From Octopus sinensis (Eukaryota): a stretch of DNA of 64,000 nt. Positions 1 to 12,680 of the stretch are shown piece after piece. The stretch's first letter is position 1. Each line of letters opens with the position of its first letter. The translations under genes and the position numbers were made by a program. The notes beneath the pieces are model-generated. The model was not told the origin of the DNA. It did no database searches and saw only the letters and a list, made by a program, of their open reading frames with translations. The DNA is taken from positions 154,566,001 to 154,630,000 of the forward strand of contig NC_042998.1 of NCBI RefSeq assembly GCF_006345805.1, in the 5' to 3' direction.

Positions 1-950
1 GTGAAGTTGGTTCATCTGGGACACCAGACAGGAAGAGATCCAGTTTTATTTTAAAGACATCTGCATCCACCACATGCAGGTCTCTCAGGTCCTTCGGGAG
101 GATATTGAAGAGCTGTGGACTTCTGAAGCCCAGGCTATCACAGTATCTTGTCCTACATCTTGATGGCAAATTTGGAGTCCTTGGCACTATCCAGTGGCGG
201 CCAGTTCTAGTATTTGTGTAACTCTCGATGCCAAAGTTTGGGACAAGTCCTTCCAGGATCTTCCAGATGTATATTATGGCATATCTTTCTCGCCTACGCT
301 CTAAGGAATAGAGTCTTAATCTCTTGAGTCTTTCCCAGTAACTTATATGCTGCACAGAGGCTATCTTCTTCATGTAGCTTCGTTAAATCATCTCAAGTTC
401 TGTGATTAACTTGACACTGGATGGTGACCATAGCTGAGAGCAATAGTCAAAGTGGCTTAGGACAAGTGTCCTCCAGAGGACCATCATGGTTTCCTGGTCT
501 CTTGTTCTAAAGGTTCTAAGAATCCATCAGGTCAGCCACCTACATTTCATTGCCAATTTAGCAACATGCACATGAAAGGTTGCTTCGCTACTCAGGTAAA
601 TACCCAGGTCTCGCACTGATTGTGCCTCTGGGATTGCAATCCCTCCAGGTCCAGTGTATTTATTGGGTATTGCATTTAGTTTTGCATGCTGATAGCATAA
701 AGCTTGAAACTTTTCAGCATTGAACTGCATGCTATTCTTTTCAGCCCACTTGTATATTTTGTTGAGCTCATGTTACAGGTGCATAGTGTCTTCAGGGTTC
801 TGTATTACCTGTGAAACTTTTGTATCATCTGCATAACTTGTGATCGTGGCTCTCTGCGTGGCTTAGGGCATGTCTGAGAGGGCCACTATGAACAGTAGTG
901 GTCCCAAAACAGTGCCCTGCAGGACACCACTCACTATTTGCGTGTTAATG
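1..950 (-). mobile_element. CR1/L2-group LINE, RT C-terminal fragment (subfamily A), disrupted
   Basis: ORF 527..730 ([22 protein letters not shown]...) and flanking sequence are nearly identical to the LINE copies at 15420-16400 and 56913-57780. It runs off the window start. Confidence 0.9.
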
Positions 951-2603
951 CACATCTACTTTGTGCAAGTCCCTCAGACTTTTTGGGAGAATATTAAAAA
1001 GCTGTGGGCCCTTGAAACCCAGGCTGTTGCAGTAGCTGGTCCTGAAGTGTGATGGCAATGCTGGGATCTTTGGCACTATGCAGTGTCGTCCCGTTCTAGC
1101 ATTGGTGTAGCTTACAATGCCAAAATTTGGCACAATTCCTTCCAGGATCTTCCAGACATATATTACTGCATACCTCTCCCGTCTTCTCTCCAGGGAGTAG
1201 AGTCTTAGCTGTTTCAACCTTTCCCAGTAGCTGAGCTGTTGCAAAGAGACGATCTTCTTTGTGAATCTTCTCTGGATTGCTTCAAGGTCTGCTGTTAATT
1301 TCACACTTGTGGGTGTCCGCCAGAGGACCATCATGGTTTCCTTATCTCTGGTTCTGAATATTCTTAGGATCCATCCAGCCAGTCATCTGCACTTTGTTGC
1401 CATCCTGGTAATGTGCACTTGGAAAGAGGTATCATCACTCATGTCGATACCCAGGTCCCTCAGAGACTTAGGCTCTGGGATTGAAATTCCCTGTGGACCG
1501 GTGTATCCTGTAAGTTTAATATTCAGTTTTGGATGCTGGTAGCACAGGGCCTGGAATTTTTCAGCATTAAACTGCATATTATTATCCTTTGCCCATCTGT
1601 AGATTGAGTCCAACTCCTGCTGCAGGTGTGCAACATCACTGGGGTTCTGTATTTTGTGCGAGACTTTCGTATCATCTGCATAGCTTGCCAGAGTGGCTAT
1701 CCGGGCATTTGAGGGCATATCTGAGAGGGCTACTATAAAAAGCAGTGGTCCCAAGACAGTGCCCTGTGGAACAACGCTCACTATTTGTGTGTTCATAGAG
1801 ATGGCTCCATTAACCACTACTGCCTGACTCCTATCTTTCAGGAAGTCAGGTAACCACACTCCAAGTTTTCCAGCTATGCCGAGGTCACGCAGTTTGTGGC
1901 ATATCATTCCATGATCCACCTTGTCAAAAGCTTTTGCAAAATCAAGGTAGATTACGTCCACATTTGATTTGTTGAGTAACTGCCTCAACACCCAGTCATA
2001 ATGTTGTAAGAGCTGGGTGAGGCAGCTCCTACCTGGTCGAAAACCATGCTGGGTATCAGTCAGCAAGTTATTTTCCTCAAGGAATGCGATTAGTTTCTTT
2101 CTGACTATCCGTTCCATGACTTTGCTGATGTGTGAAGTCAGAGAGATAGGCCTATAGTTTTTGGCATCTGCTCTACTTCCCCCTTTATGTATTGGGCATA
2201 TTATTCCCTCCTTCAGCTTGCTTGGCAGTTTGCCATTTGTAGGAAAGCTCTGGAAGAGAACTTGGAGGTGTTTTGCCAGGGCATGCTTACACGCTTTGAG
2301 GAGGATTGCTGGGAAACCATCAGGACCAGCAGTTGAGTTTGTGTCCATCTCATCTATGGCTAGTGGGACATCTTCTTTGCTAATGTCAATACATTCTATT
2401 GTAACCGCCTCGCTGGTTATAGGTAAGGCAGCAAAGAAGTCCACTGGTTTGTTCACTTGCCTGTGTTCCAACGGGGTGGTAAAGACACTTTTGAACTGGT
2501 CATTCAGCATCTCACTGATCTTAGTTGGACTGTCTGTGAGGGAGCCATCCTTTTGGAGGAGGGGTCCTGTCTTGTAGTGTACTGAGACTGTTTCTTTCGC
2601 ATA
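951..2603 (-). mobile_element. CR1/L2-group LINE, 5'-truncated RT fragment (different subfamily)
   Basis: ORF 1383..2510 has RT motifs NYRPISLTS, QHGFRPGRSC, YLDFAKAFDKV, VPQGTVLGPLLF and YADD. ORF 945..1334 has [18 protein letters not shown]. Confidence 0.92.
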
Positions 2604-2613
2604 ATGAAAAAAG

Positions 2614-2887
2614 GCTTAAGCACAAACATACGCTCACTTACACATACACAGATACGCATGCTTACAAATACATATCCATGGCTATACACATACTTATATC
2701 AAAATTCTAATTTTTGACAACACTGCTTTTTTAAAAAAATGAGTGCAATAATAAAAAATAAAAAAATATATACGAAAGACATATAAAATGAAATAATTTT
2801 GATATAAGTATGTGTATAGCCATGGATATGTATTTGTAAGCATGCGTATCTGTGTATGTGTAAGTGAGCGTATGTTTGTGCTTAAGC
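2614..2887. repeat. Inverted repeat, 93-bp arms (2614-2706 / 2795-2887) with an 88-bp spacer
   Basis: gcttaagcacaaacatacgctcac...tatcaaaatt reads as the reverse complement of aattttgatataag...gtgcttaagc. Confidence 0.9.
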
Positions 2888-3577
2888 ACACATATACACG
2901 ACTGTATGTGTATGTATCCATTCGAACTTGTGTATTTGTATACTTGTCTCCATATATGTCAATAATGCCGTTACACAGCTTGTATACATAATTTTTTCTT
3001 ATTTCATTTTTTTCCCCACCCCTCCTTTTTCTTCCTTTTTCCTTCCCCCTTCTTCATTCCCTTTTCTCTCTCTTCCTTTCTTTCGTTTTTTTCTCCAACT
3101 GATACTGATGCAACTTTACGTCCCCCTAACTCGGTATATGAGAATCGCTACATAGATGATTTTAACTTGCGTGCATATATGTACGCATGCATTTATGTGT
3201 ATATTTTAGATTTATATTTATACGTCTGTATATGTATGGCGTTTGCATGCATCCTTCTGTGTATGTTGATATGTATATGTACACTTTAATATAAATATGC
3301 ATTGCAGTGTAATATTTATAGTAGGTTTTAATTTCTATGCTTTAATTATGCTTTCTTCATTAACGTCAATATGTATTTTATTCAATGTAAGGTTTTTTCC
3401 TCGAATTTTATAATTTTTATAAGTTTTTATATATATATACATATATTTTTGACCTTTTTGTTTATCGCTCGAAGATTGACCGTTATTTCTAAAGGGCCAA
3501 TCAAACAAGTCCATTTTTTTTAAAGGTGTAGCGTTTGTAAGAGTCTAGATTGAATTGATATATCGGTTCCATTCTAG

Positions 3578-3627
3578 CAAAAACTGTCTGATGAACGGCA
3601 ACGAGAAACTCAGAGTAACAGATTTTG
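3578..3627 (+). ncRNA. Type I hammerhead ribozyme motif (PLE-type)
   Basis: Stem I CAAAA-A-CUGU/ACAG-A-UUUUG; core CUGAUGA at 3588-3594; short stem II with a GCAA tetraloop (A.A mismatch at 10.1/11.1); GAAA at 3605-3608; near-palindromic stem III ACUC-A-GAGU; predicted cut after A3617. Confidence 0.7.
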
Positions 3628-3721
3628 TTGAATTTTCTGCTGCTTAAAATAAAGCATGTTACTCTACCACTGGTATTTGAGTACTCTTTTTTCCTCCTTG
3701 TTTCACATTTATGTGTTTACT

Positions 3722-3799
3722 CCGGTATATATACATATATATATATATATGCATACATATATACATTTATGTATATACATATATATACATATGTATATA

Positions 3800-3854
<55 letters not shown>

Positions 3855-4127
3855 GTATATATACATTTATATATACATATATATATATATACATATATAT
3901 ATGTATATACATATACATATATATATATGTATATACATATACATATATATATGCATATACATATACATATATATATATACATATACATATATATATGTAT
4001 ATACATATACATACATATGTATATACATATGCATATATACATTCATATATGTATATACATATATGTATATATACATTCATATATGTATATACATATATGT
4101 ATATATACATTCATATATGTATATACA

Positions 4128-4158
<31 letters not shown>

Positions 4159-4172
4159 TTATATATATATAA
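3722..4172. repeat. (TA)n / (CATA)n microsatellite
   Basis: Direct reading. The YI-rich ORFs here are artefacts of the repeat. Confidence 0.97.
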
Positions 4173-4262
4173 ATAATGAGGGAGATAAATTGAGCATTAA
4201 TTTAATTAATATCAATTTAAAACCAGTAGCCTAGCATACAAAAATCTGAAACATCAGAGAAA

Positions 4263-4317
<55 letters not shown>

Positions 4318-4992
4318 TTTCTATATTCCTCATTTATTTCAGGGTATTTCCTTTTCTCCCAAAATTCCCTAAAATTTCGACTTCGTTTTTTCGGCATTTC
4401 CTGTTTCATTAAGTTTTTATTTCGAACCACGTCCTGCCATAGAAAATTCTCCCTCGTGGCGTCTCCTCTCTCTCTCCCTCCCTCTCTCCGATCTAACACA
4501 CCAATCGTCCCCCCCCCCAACCCTTAATCTCTATAAACCAGCGTTTGCTCTGTCCTTGCCTCTACTCGATTCTCACTGCTTTGCTTCGGATGATAAACTC
4601 GGATCTCAGAAATGTGCAGCTAAGATATTTTGACGCTAACCTTAGTTCATTACCGTTTAAGCGCTGATCTAACCCTAATATCTTCTCCCTCTATTATCTA
4701 TCTCTCTATCTTCTTCCTCTCTCTATTTTTTATCTCTCTGTATTGTAAACATGATGCCGCTAGCTTCCTATTTGTCCTTTTCGATACATTTGCTATATTC
4801 CTCATTTATTTCAGGGTATTTCCTTTTCTCCCAAAATTCCCTAAAATGATTTCGGCATTTGCTGTTTCGCGGTACGCCCGCCCTCCCACCCCCTCCACCC
4901 CGATCATATGGTGCAAAAAATGTAGTGTATGAAGGTTGTAGTCTAGTGTTTATTTATGAAATCTTCCTATCGCAAGTCTTCTTTTCAGGTAC

Positions 4993-5649
4993 ATGACACT
5001 TCTGTCCCCCATCCCAGGGTCCCACAGGCCCACACCTCACACCCTCAGAGTTGGCACACTCAATGTTGGCACATTGAAAGGTAGGTCTGGTGAGATTGTC
5101 GAGCTGCTTGAACGGAGACGTGTGGATGTGTGCTGCATCCAAGAAGTAAGGTGGAGAGAAGGTTCCGCTAGGCTCCTCACAGGCAAGGAACACAGGTACA
5201 AGATTTTCTGGGCAGGGAACACTGACGGGGTCGGGGGCGTGGGTATACTTCTTGCGGAGAAATGGGTAGATAAAGTAATCGAGGTAGTCAGAGTAAGTGA
5301 CAGAGTACTTAAGATTAGATTAGTGCTTCACCATAGGTCAGCTACCATCATCTCGGCATATGCCCCTCAACCAGGGCTACCGGAAGGACAGAAAGACCAA
5401 TTCTACGACAGCCTATTACAAACTACCTCGTTGACAAACGACAGTGACCTTCTATATGTGGCAGGTGACTTCAATGGACATGTTGGACGGCATGTCGGGG
5501 CCTTCCATAGCATACACGGGGGCTATGGTTTTGGTTCTCGCAATGAGGAGGGAACCAGGCTGCTGGAGTTCTGCGATGCAAATGACTTTATGATTTGCAA
5601 TATCAGCTTCAGGAAACCCACCTCTCACCTAGTCACTTACCGTTCTGGT
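4993..5649 (+). mobile_element. RTE-clade LINE 5' portion (APE endonuclease N-terminus), broken at a TA tract
   Basis: GTLNVGTL, CCIQEVRW, ISAYAPQ and VAGDFNGHVG motifs. It is homologous to the RTE ORFs at 23214..24593 and 32061..32864, and homology stops at TYRSG. Confidence 0.9.
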
Positions 5650-5670
5650 AAGTGTATATGTATATGTATA

Positions 5671-5708
<38 letters not shown>

Positions 5709-5709
<1 letters not shown>

Positions 5710-7000
5710 GAGGGGCGTTCAATAAGTAATGCCTCTGACCCACTTGCCGTTGTTTGATCTAGCTGAAATTTTGCATGTGCAATTATTTATATTTCTATAA
5801 ATTACGTGGCAAATTACAGCTCCGAACTAATTGTGGTTTCTGATTTACAGGTGTTTGAAATGAGTCAAGTGGGAAATGGAGCCTGTTGAGTGTCGAGCAG
5901 TGATCCGGTTTTTGTATTTGAAATGACGCACACCACAGGAGACTTTTGATGAAATGAAAGTAACTTATGGTGATGATGCCCCATCATATGACCTTGTTAA
6001 ACGCTGGCATCGTGAATTCAAATATGGTCGGAACTCTGTGGAAACAGCTCCCAGATCTGGTGGCACCCCTTCTGCCATTGATGAAGCATCTGTCTGTCAA
6101 GTTGAGGCTGCCATTTTGAAAGATCGACGCATAACTATTCGCCAAATAGCCCATGAGGTCAAGATTAATACCGGGTCTGTGGAAACTATCATTCATGACT
6201 ATTTGCATATGCAAAATGTGTCTGCCAGATGGATTCCCAGGTTTCTCACACTTTTCCAGAAGCAAGCACGCGTCGAGTGCTCGAGGATGAATTTAGGGAT
6301 GTGCCAAGAAGATGAGTCAAAATTTTTCAAAAGACTGATTACACAGGATGAGACCTGGGTCCATCACTATGATCCAGAGACCAAAGCCCAGTCAATGGAG
6401 TGGAAGCACCATGATTCACCTCCTCCAAAGAAGGCAAGGGTGCAGCCCTCCGCTGGCAAAGTCATGCTCACAGTCTTCTGGGACCAGGACGGAGTAGTGA
6501 TGACAGATTTCCTGGCAAAGGGTACCACAATTACAGGAGCCTATCATGCTTCACTTTTGAGGAAATTAAGAGAAGCTATCAAAACCAAGAGGCGGGGCAA
6601 GATCAGCAAAGGCATCCTCCTCTTGCAGGACAATGATCCGGTCCACAACTCGCATGTCGCCAGATCAGAAGCACAGGCGTGTGGCTATGAACTATTCCCC
6701 CATCCCCCTACTCTCCTGACCTTGCACCCTCTGATTTTCACCTCTTCCCAGCCATGAAATTGTTTTTGAAAGGAAAGCGTTTCCCAGATGATGCGGCCTT
6801 GATTTCTGAAGTCACGTCGTGGTTGGAGGACCAAGCTGGGGTTTTCTACGAAAACGGTCTCCAGAGCTGCATCAAACGATGGGAGAAATGCGTAACTCTG
6901 GGTTGTTCCTATGTAGAAAAAGACTAATACCTATGCCAAGTTTCGTTGCTCTACTGCTATGGGAAGTGGGTCAAGGGCATTACTTATTGAATGCCCCTCG
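5709..7000 (+). mobile_element. Complete mariner (Tc1/mariner) transposon, 1292 bp, 37-bp TIRs, TA flanks
   Basis: Left TIR cgaggggcgttcaataagtaatgcctctgacccactt and right TIR aagtgggtcaagggcattacttattgaatgcccctcg differ at 3 positions. TA lies on both sides. Confidence 0.95.
5876..6927 (+). pseudogene. Mariner DD34D transposase with one in-frame TGA (5924) and a frameshift near 6700
   Basis: MEPVECRAVIRFLYLK* continues in frame into ORF 5954..6757 (WIPRFL, TQDETW, LQDND). The YSPDLAPSDF motif follows in a shifted frame. Confidence 0.9.
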
Positions 7001-7008
7001 TATATATG

Positions 7009-7093
<85 letters not shown>

Positions 7094-7108
7094 GTATATA
7101 TATATATA

Positions 7109-7154
<46 letters not shown>

Positions 7155-7185
7155 GTATATATATATATATGTATATATATATATG

Positions 7186-7268
<83 letters not shown>

Positions 7269-7269
7269 G

Positions 7270-7324
<55 letters not shown>

Positions 7325-7336
7325 GTATATATGTAC

Positions 7337-7368
<32 letters not shown>

Positions 7369-7490
7369 GTATATATATACATATATATATATGTATATAT
7401 ATACATATATATATATATGTATATATATATATACATATATATATATATGTATATATATATGTATATATATACATATATATGTATATATAT
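7001..7490. repeat. (TA)n microsatellite
   Basis: Direct reading. Confidence 0.97.
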
Positions 7491-8129
7491 CCAAGATGGC
7501 GCCAAACAAACAAGTCGAGTAAATTTACCTCTCCAAAAGTTTAGAAGAACCTTCAAGAGATCGATGTTATCAGAAGTGAATTTTGTCTGTAAAGCAAATA
7601 TAAGTGAAAGTACGACAAGACACTGTATTTGAGAAGAATATTTTCGCTTTTGATGTAGTATATGCAACTAAAACATACCTCGCAAAGAACCGAAGACATG
7701 TGCTAAAGCCACGTGTTTGAAAGCCTCTGAAAAGCTACTTCTTGATATCGAATCGCTCAAATATTAAATTCGCAAACTGATCAAAACATGAAAACAAACC
7801 ATAAAATATTGCATCTACGAACATCAGAATTCTTTTCTTTTCTTTTGTTTACAAAATGCAAGTAAAGAATACGTAATATTGAAGGTTTGTCTTTTATATC
7901 TTTCGTTCTTCTAAAACAGAGTGAAGGTAAGTGTTCTCTCAACCAGAAGGTAAGAAAAAAATATTCTTTATTATTATTAATTATCAGCGATCTTACGGTT
8001 CTAAGATCACCCAATAATCCCCAGATGTAATCGTGATTATAGATTACGCTATTTTTATTTTTAAACGCACGTGTCTTTGTATATAAATTCGTCCGTGATA
8101 CAGTGTGTTTTCTTCTCTCAATCCTGACT

Positions 8130-11100
8130 ATCTGTGTAACCTGCCTTACTCTTTCTAACTCTTTCTTACAATTCTCCCCTCCTTTTCTGTCTCTCCCTCC
8201 CTCAGACCCTCTATTCCGCTCTCTTATCTCTCTCTCTCTCCCTCTCTCTGCCATCATTTCTCTTTCTGCATCTCTCCCCCCCGCTCTCTCTTAGATCAAC
8301 TTTCTCACATCTCACCCCCTCTCTGTTCCTCTACTTCACTCATTCTCTCTTGTATCTCTATCCCGCCCTCTCTCTCCTTCTCTCTCTTTTACTCTCTCTC
8401 TCTCTTCTCTCTGCTCCTTCTCAGGTCAAACCCCTTTCTCTCTTCTCCTCCTTCTGTCCCCTTCTTTCTCTACACCACCCTCTCTGTCCCTTTACTACAC
8501 TCTCTTGCACCTCTATCCCTCCCCTCTCCCCATTTTCTTCTTACCTCTCCTCTCCCTGCTCCCTCTAAAGTTCTCAGGTCAACCATCATATCTTCCCTTC
8601 CCTCTCTGTTCCTCTATTTCATTCTCACTGTATCTCAGGCGAAAATGTCAAGGAACTGGTCTGCGAGGGAGTTGCAATTGTTCGTCCACACCTGGGAGAT
8701 TGCCGAGGGCGATTTGCCAAACAATATCATTGCAGCGGCGCTTAAGAGCAATGATTTCTCGAGGACCACCGCCTAGATAAAGTGAAAGAAATGAGAATTC
8801 CTCCGTTCATACGCCCTAATCAGGCAACACATGGACACTCTGGACATCATCCTAGGAGGTGACTGCACCAGGGAAGACCAAAAGGATGGAGATAACATCC
8901 AGTACCCAACAAAAGACACAACTAAGAAACCTGCAACCAAGGAAAACAATGGCACATGTCCAGCTCCCAACACAACTGAAGACCAAAGAGGTGCGATGGC
9001 CGCAAAAAAAGGAAAGCACCCTAAAATCGACTGAAAACGAGGTAAAAGACAAGAAAACCAAAACAAACATTGTTCAGAAAAAAACAGAAGAACCCTTGCA
9101 AGGGCAAAAGCAGAAACATCTGCAAATTCTACCTGAAGGGAGACTGCCGGCATGGTGTCAAAGGTGCAAACTGTCGTTTTGCACATCAGAAGCCCTACCA
9201 AAATCCCATGGACTCAAGACAAAAATCACTCCCTCAGGGAGAACAAAAAAAGGAAAAACGGCGCACTGACCTGAAAGACGATATGCGGATGTAGTGTGCG
9301 GTCCAAAAAAGATACTGCATAGCCCAACAAATGGCCAGCTTCACCCAGATGTGAGAAGGGCTGCAGCTGAACAGCAATCTTTTTTGTGCATGGCACAAAA
9401 AATTGTTCAGCAGCTGACCTGGCTACAAACACAAAGCTGGAACTCCCACCACATAAGGCCACCACCAACAGATGCAGAATGGCCACCACAGACACCAACA
9501 CACACACCACAAAAATATTTCTACTGAATGTAGGAGGGCTGCTGCGTGGCAACTGTAAAAGGAAAATCTCATTCCTGAGAGACCTTGTGGCATGCAATCA
9601 AGCTATATGCATGGCACTCATGGAAACGCATCTTGGACCCGATATAAGGGATGCAGGAATACACATACCACAATATGCTGTCATACGCTCAAATAGAAAA
9701 GGGAGGAGCCATGGTGGAGTGGCATCCGAGATGACCTCACACCCCAGGTCCTGTTGTCATATGCAAATTCAGTGTGTGACACTCAAATTGTACACATAAG
9801 ACAACTGAATATCGTCATATGTACTACATATTGCCCACCGGATGCCCCAAATCACACAGGCATGTTTGAAGACTGCCTAACAAAAATAGAAGTTCTCACC
9901 AACCTGAAACAACACAACAGTGTATTCTTCATGGGTGACTTTAACATCCTCAATGTGGAATGGCCTGGGGGGCAGAAGCTCCGAGGGATGACACACCATC
10001 AGCAAGCACAGGCAGAGTCCCTGCTCCATCTCACAAATGCCTCTTTCATGGAGCAAATAGTGCTGCAACCAACACGGGCAGATAATATACTGGATCTCTA
10101 CTTCACAAACAATATGGATATTATCCATAATGTTAAAGTGATGCCGACTATGATCTCAGATCACAACATAATAGAGCTGTCTATGTATGGACGAAAAGCC
10201 CCCGCAGACACACAGCCTATACGAAGCATCCACAATGTCTCCAACTTAAACTTCCGTAAAGCAAATTGAAAGTTGATCGAGAAAGAGATCCTCAAACAGG
10301 ATTGGCCTAAATATCTCTCCACACCGGACATTGACATGAAACACAAACACTTCATGTCCATAATACAAGCCATATGTGACAAATATGTCCCAGTGTGCAG
10401 GGCCAGCACACAAAAACAAAAACAGGATCCCTAGAGAAAGGAGGATTCTCATGAGACGATGGACAAGGATTGTGAACCGCCTGAGCAAGCACACCAAAAG
10501 TGGTGAGAAGTCTCGGCTTGAGAGAATGCTAATGGAAATTGAGAAAAGTCTGCATCAGTCCCATGAAAAGGAGAGAGCAGATAAAGAAGCTTGGGTAATA
10601 GAAAATATAACGTCAAACCCTAAAGCTTTCTTTAAGTTTGCCAAAGAGACAGCCACAGTGCACCAGAGAATACCACCTCTCTTCTAAAAAGATGGCTCCC
10701 TCACAGGAAATTCCACGAGGATAAGTGAAATACTGAATGAACAGTTCCAAAGTGTGCTCACTAAATCTCTAGGACACAGGCAAGTAAACAACCCAGAAGA
10801 ATTCTTTGCCACTTTACCTGCGGCCAAAGAAGCAAAAATTGAGTACATCAACATTGAAGATGATGATATCACACTGGCCATAGATGAGATTGACACAAAC
10901 TCAGCTGCTGGACCTGATGGATTTCCAGCGATCCTTCTCAAATCGTGCAAATGAGCCCTTGCAAAACTGCTACAGCTTCTTTTTCAGAGCTTTCTTGCAA
11001 GTCGTAAGCTCCCAGTCAAATTGAAAGAGGGGGTAATATGCCCTATCCATAAGAGAGGTAGCAGAGCAGATGCTAAAAATTTAGGCCTATCTCTCTGACC

Positions 11101-12540
11101 TCGCACATCAGCAAAGTCATGGAATGAATAGTCCGCAAGAAACTAATCATGTTCCTCAAAGAAAATGACTTTCTGACTGACACCCAGCATGGATTTTGAA
11201 CAGGTAGCAGCTGCCTAACACAGCTCCTGCAACACTATGACTGGGTGTTAAAACAGCTACTAAATGGCTCAAATGTGGATGTGATATATCTCGACTTTGC
11301 AAAAGTCGAGATAAAGTCGACCACGGTATGATTTGTCACAAACTGCGTGGTCTCTGCACAAGCGGAAAACTTGGAGAGTGGCTGCACAACTTCCTAAAAG
11401 ATAGAAGGCAGGCATTTGTGATCAATGGAGCCACCTCCAGGGAAACACAAATAGCAAGCAGTGTTCCACAGGACACTGTCTTGGGGCCACTGCTGTTCAT
11501 AGTGACCCTTTCAGACTTGCCCTCAGTTGCTAAGATGGCCACTCTTGCTCGCTATGCAGATGACACAGAAGTCTCCCACACAATACAAAACCCTGAAATT
11601 ATTGCACATCTGCAACAGGAGTTGGATACAATATACAGGTGGGCTGAGGACAACAACATGCAGTTTAATGCAGATAAGTTCCAGGCCCTGCGCTACCGGC
11701 ACACAAAGGTAAACGACATGCAGACTGGATACACTGGCCCAGGAAGAATTGCAATCCCTGAGTCAAAATCAGTGCATGACCTGGGTATTGACATGAGCAA
11801 TGATGCACCTTTCCAAGTGCATATTGCTAATTTGGTGATAAAATGCAGACGGCTAGCTGAATGAATTCTCTGAACTTTCAGAACAAGAGAGAAGGAGACA
11901 CTGAGGGTCCTCTGGAAAACTTTCGTCCTCAGCCGCTTGCACTACTGCTCCCAACTATGGCCACCACAGAATATAAAACTAACAGCAGAACTCGAAGCAA
12001 TTCAAAGAAGCTGCACAAAGAAGATCGTCTGCATGCAAAATATCAGCTACTGGGAAAGACTGAAAGTATTAAAATTCTTCTCCCTTGAGTGAAGGCAGGA
12101 GAGATATTTGGTGATATACATCTGGAAAATCCTGGAGGGTCTTGTCCCAAACTTTGGCATTCAAAGTTACCCCAACCGCAGAACGGGGCGCCACTGCATG
12201 GTGCCAAAGATTCCAACATCACCATCAAAATACAGGACCAGATACAGCCACAGCTTGGGTTTCAGAGGACCACATCTCTTTAACATCCTCCCTAAATGCC
12301 TGAGAGACTTGCATGGTGTGGATGTGGGTTTCTTTAAACTAAACTGGGTCTCTTCTTGTCGGGGGTCCCAGATGAACCTACCTCACGACAGGAGACACAG
12401 ATGCGGGCAGCAGCATTGAATTCCCTTGTTTACAAAGTGCCACGTATCAGGTGGATTCACATATTAGTGTAGCTCATTCACCGGTGGTGCCCCAGCATGT
12501 CTGCAGCCTTCAGGCTGAAACATTTTTAAGGATTTAAGGA
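8130..12540 (+). mobile_element. Near full-length decayed CR1/L2-group LINE: pyrimidine-rich 5' UTR, ORF1, ORF2 and 3' tail
   Basis: ORF1 pieces span 8645-9527. APE pieces are at 9386..9799 and 9754..10269 (MGDFN, LDLYFTN, SDH). RT pieces span 10684-12400. The tail is ggtggtgccccagcatg...cagccttcaggctgaaa(c)...(ttaagga)2. The 5' boundary is approximate. Confidence 0.88.
8645..9527 (+). pseudogene. LINE ORF1, disrupted: N-terminal W-x3-E-L-x-L-F-x3-W helical motif and a CCCH zinc finger
   Basis: ATG at 8645 gives MSRNWSARELQLFVHTWEIAEGDLPNNIIAAALKSN. ORF 9070..9294 has CKFYLKGDCRHGVKGANCRFAH. The C-terminus is ORF 9294..9527. Confidence 0.7.
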
Positions 12541-12628
12541 TATATATGTATATATACATATATGCATATATATATATATATATATATACATATACATATG
12601 TACATATATATATGTATATATACATATA

Positions 12629-12680
<52 letters not shown>

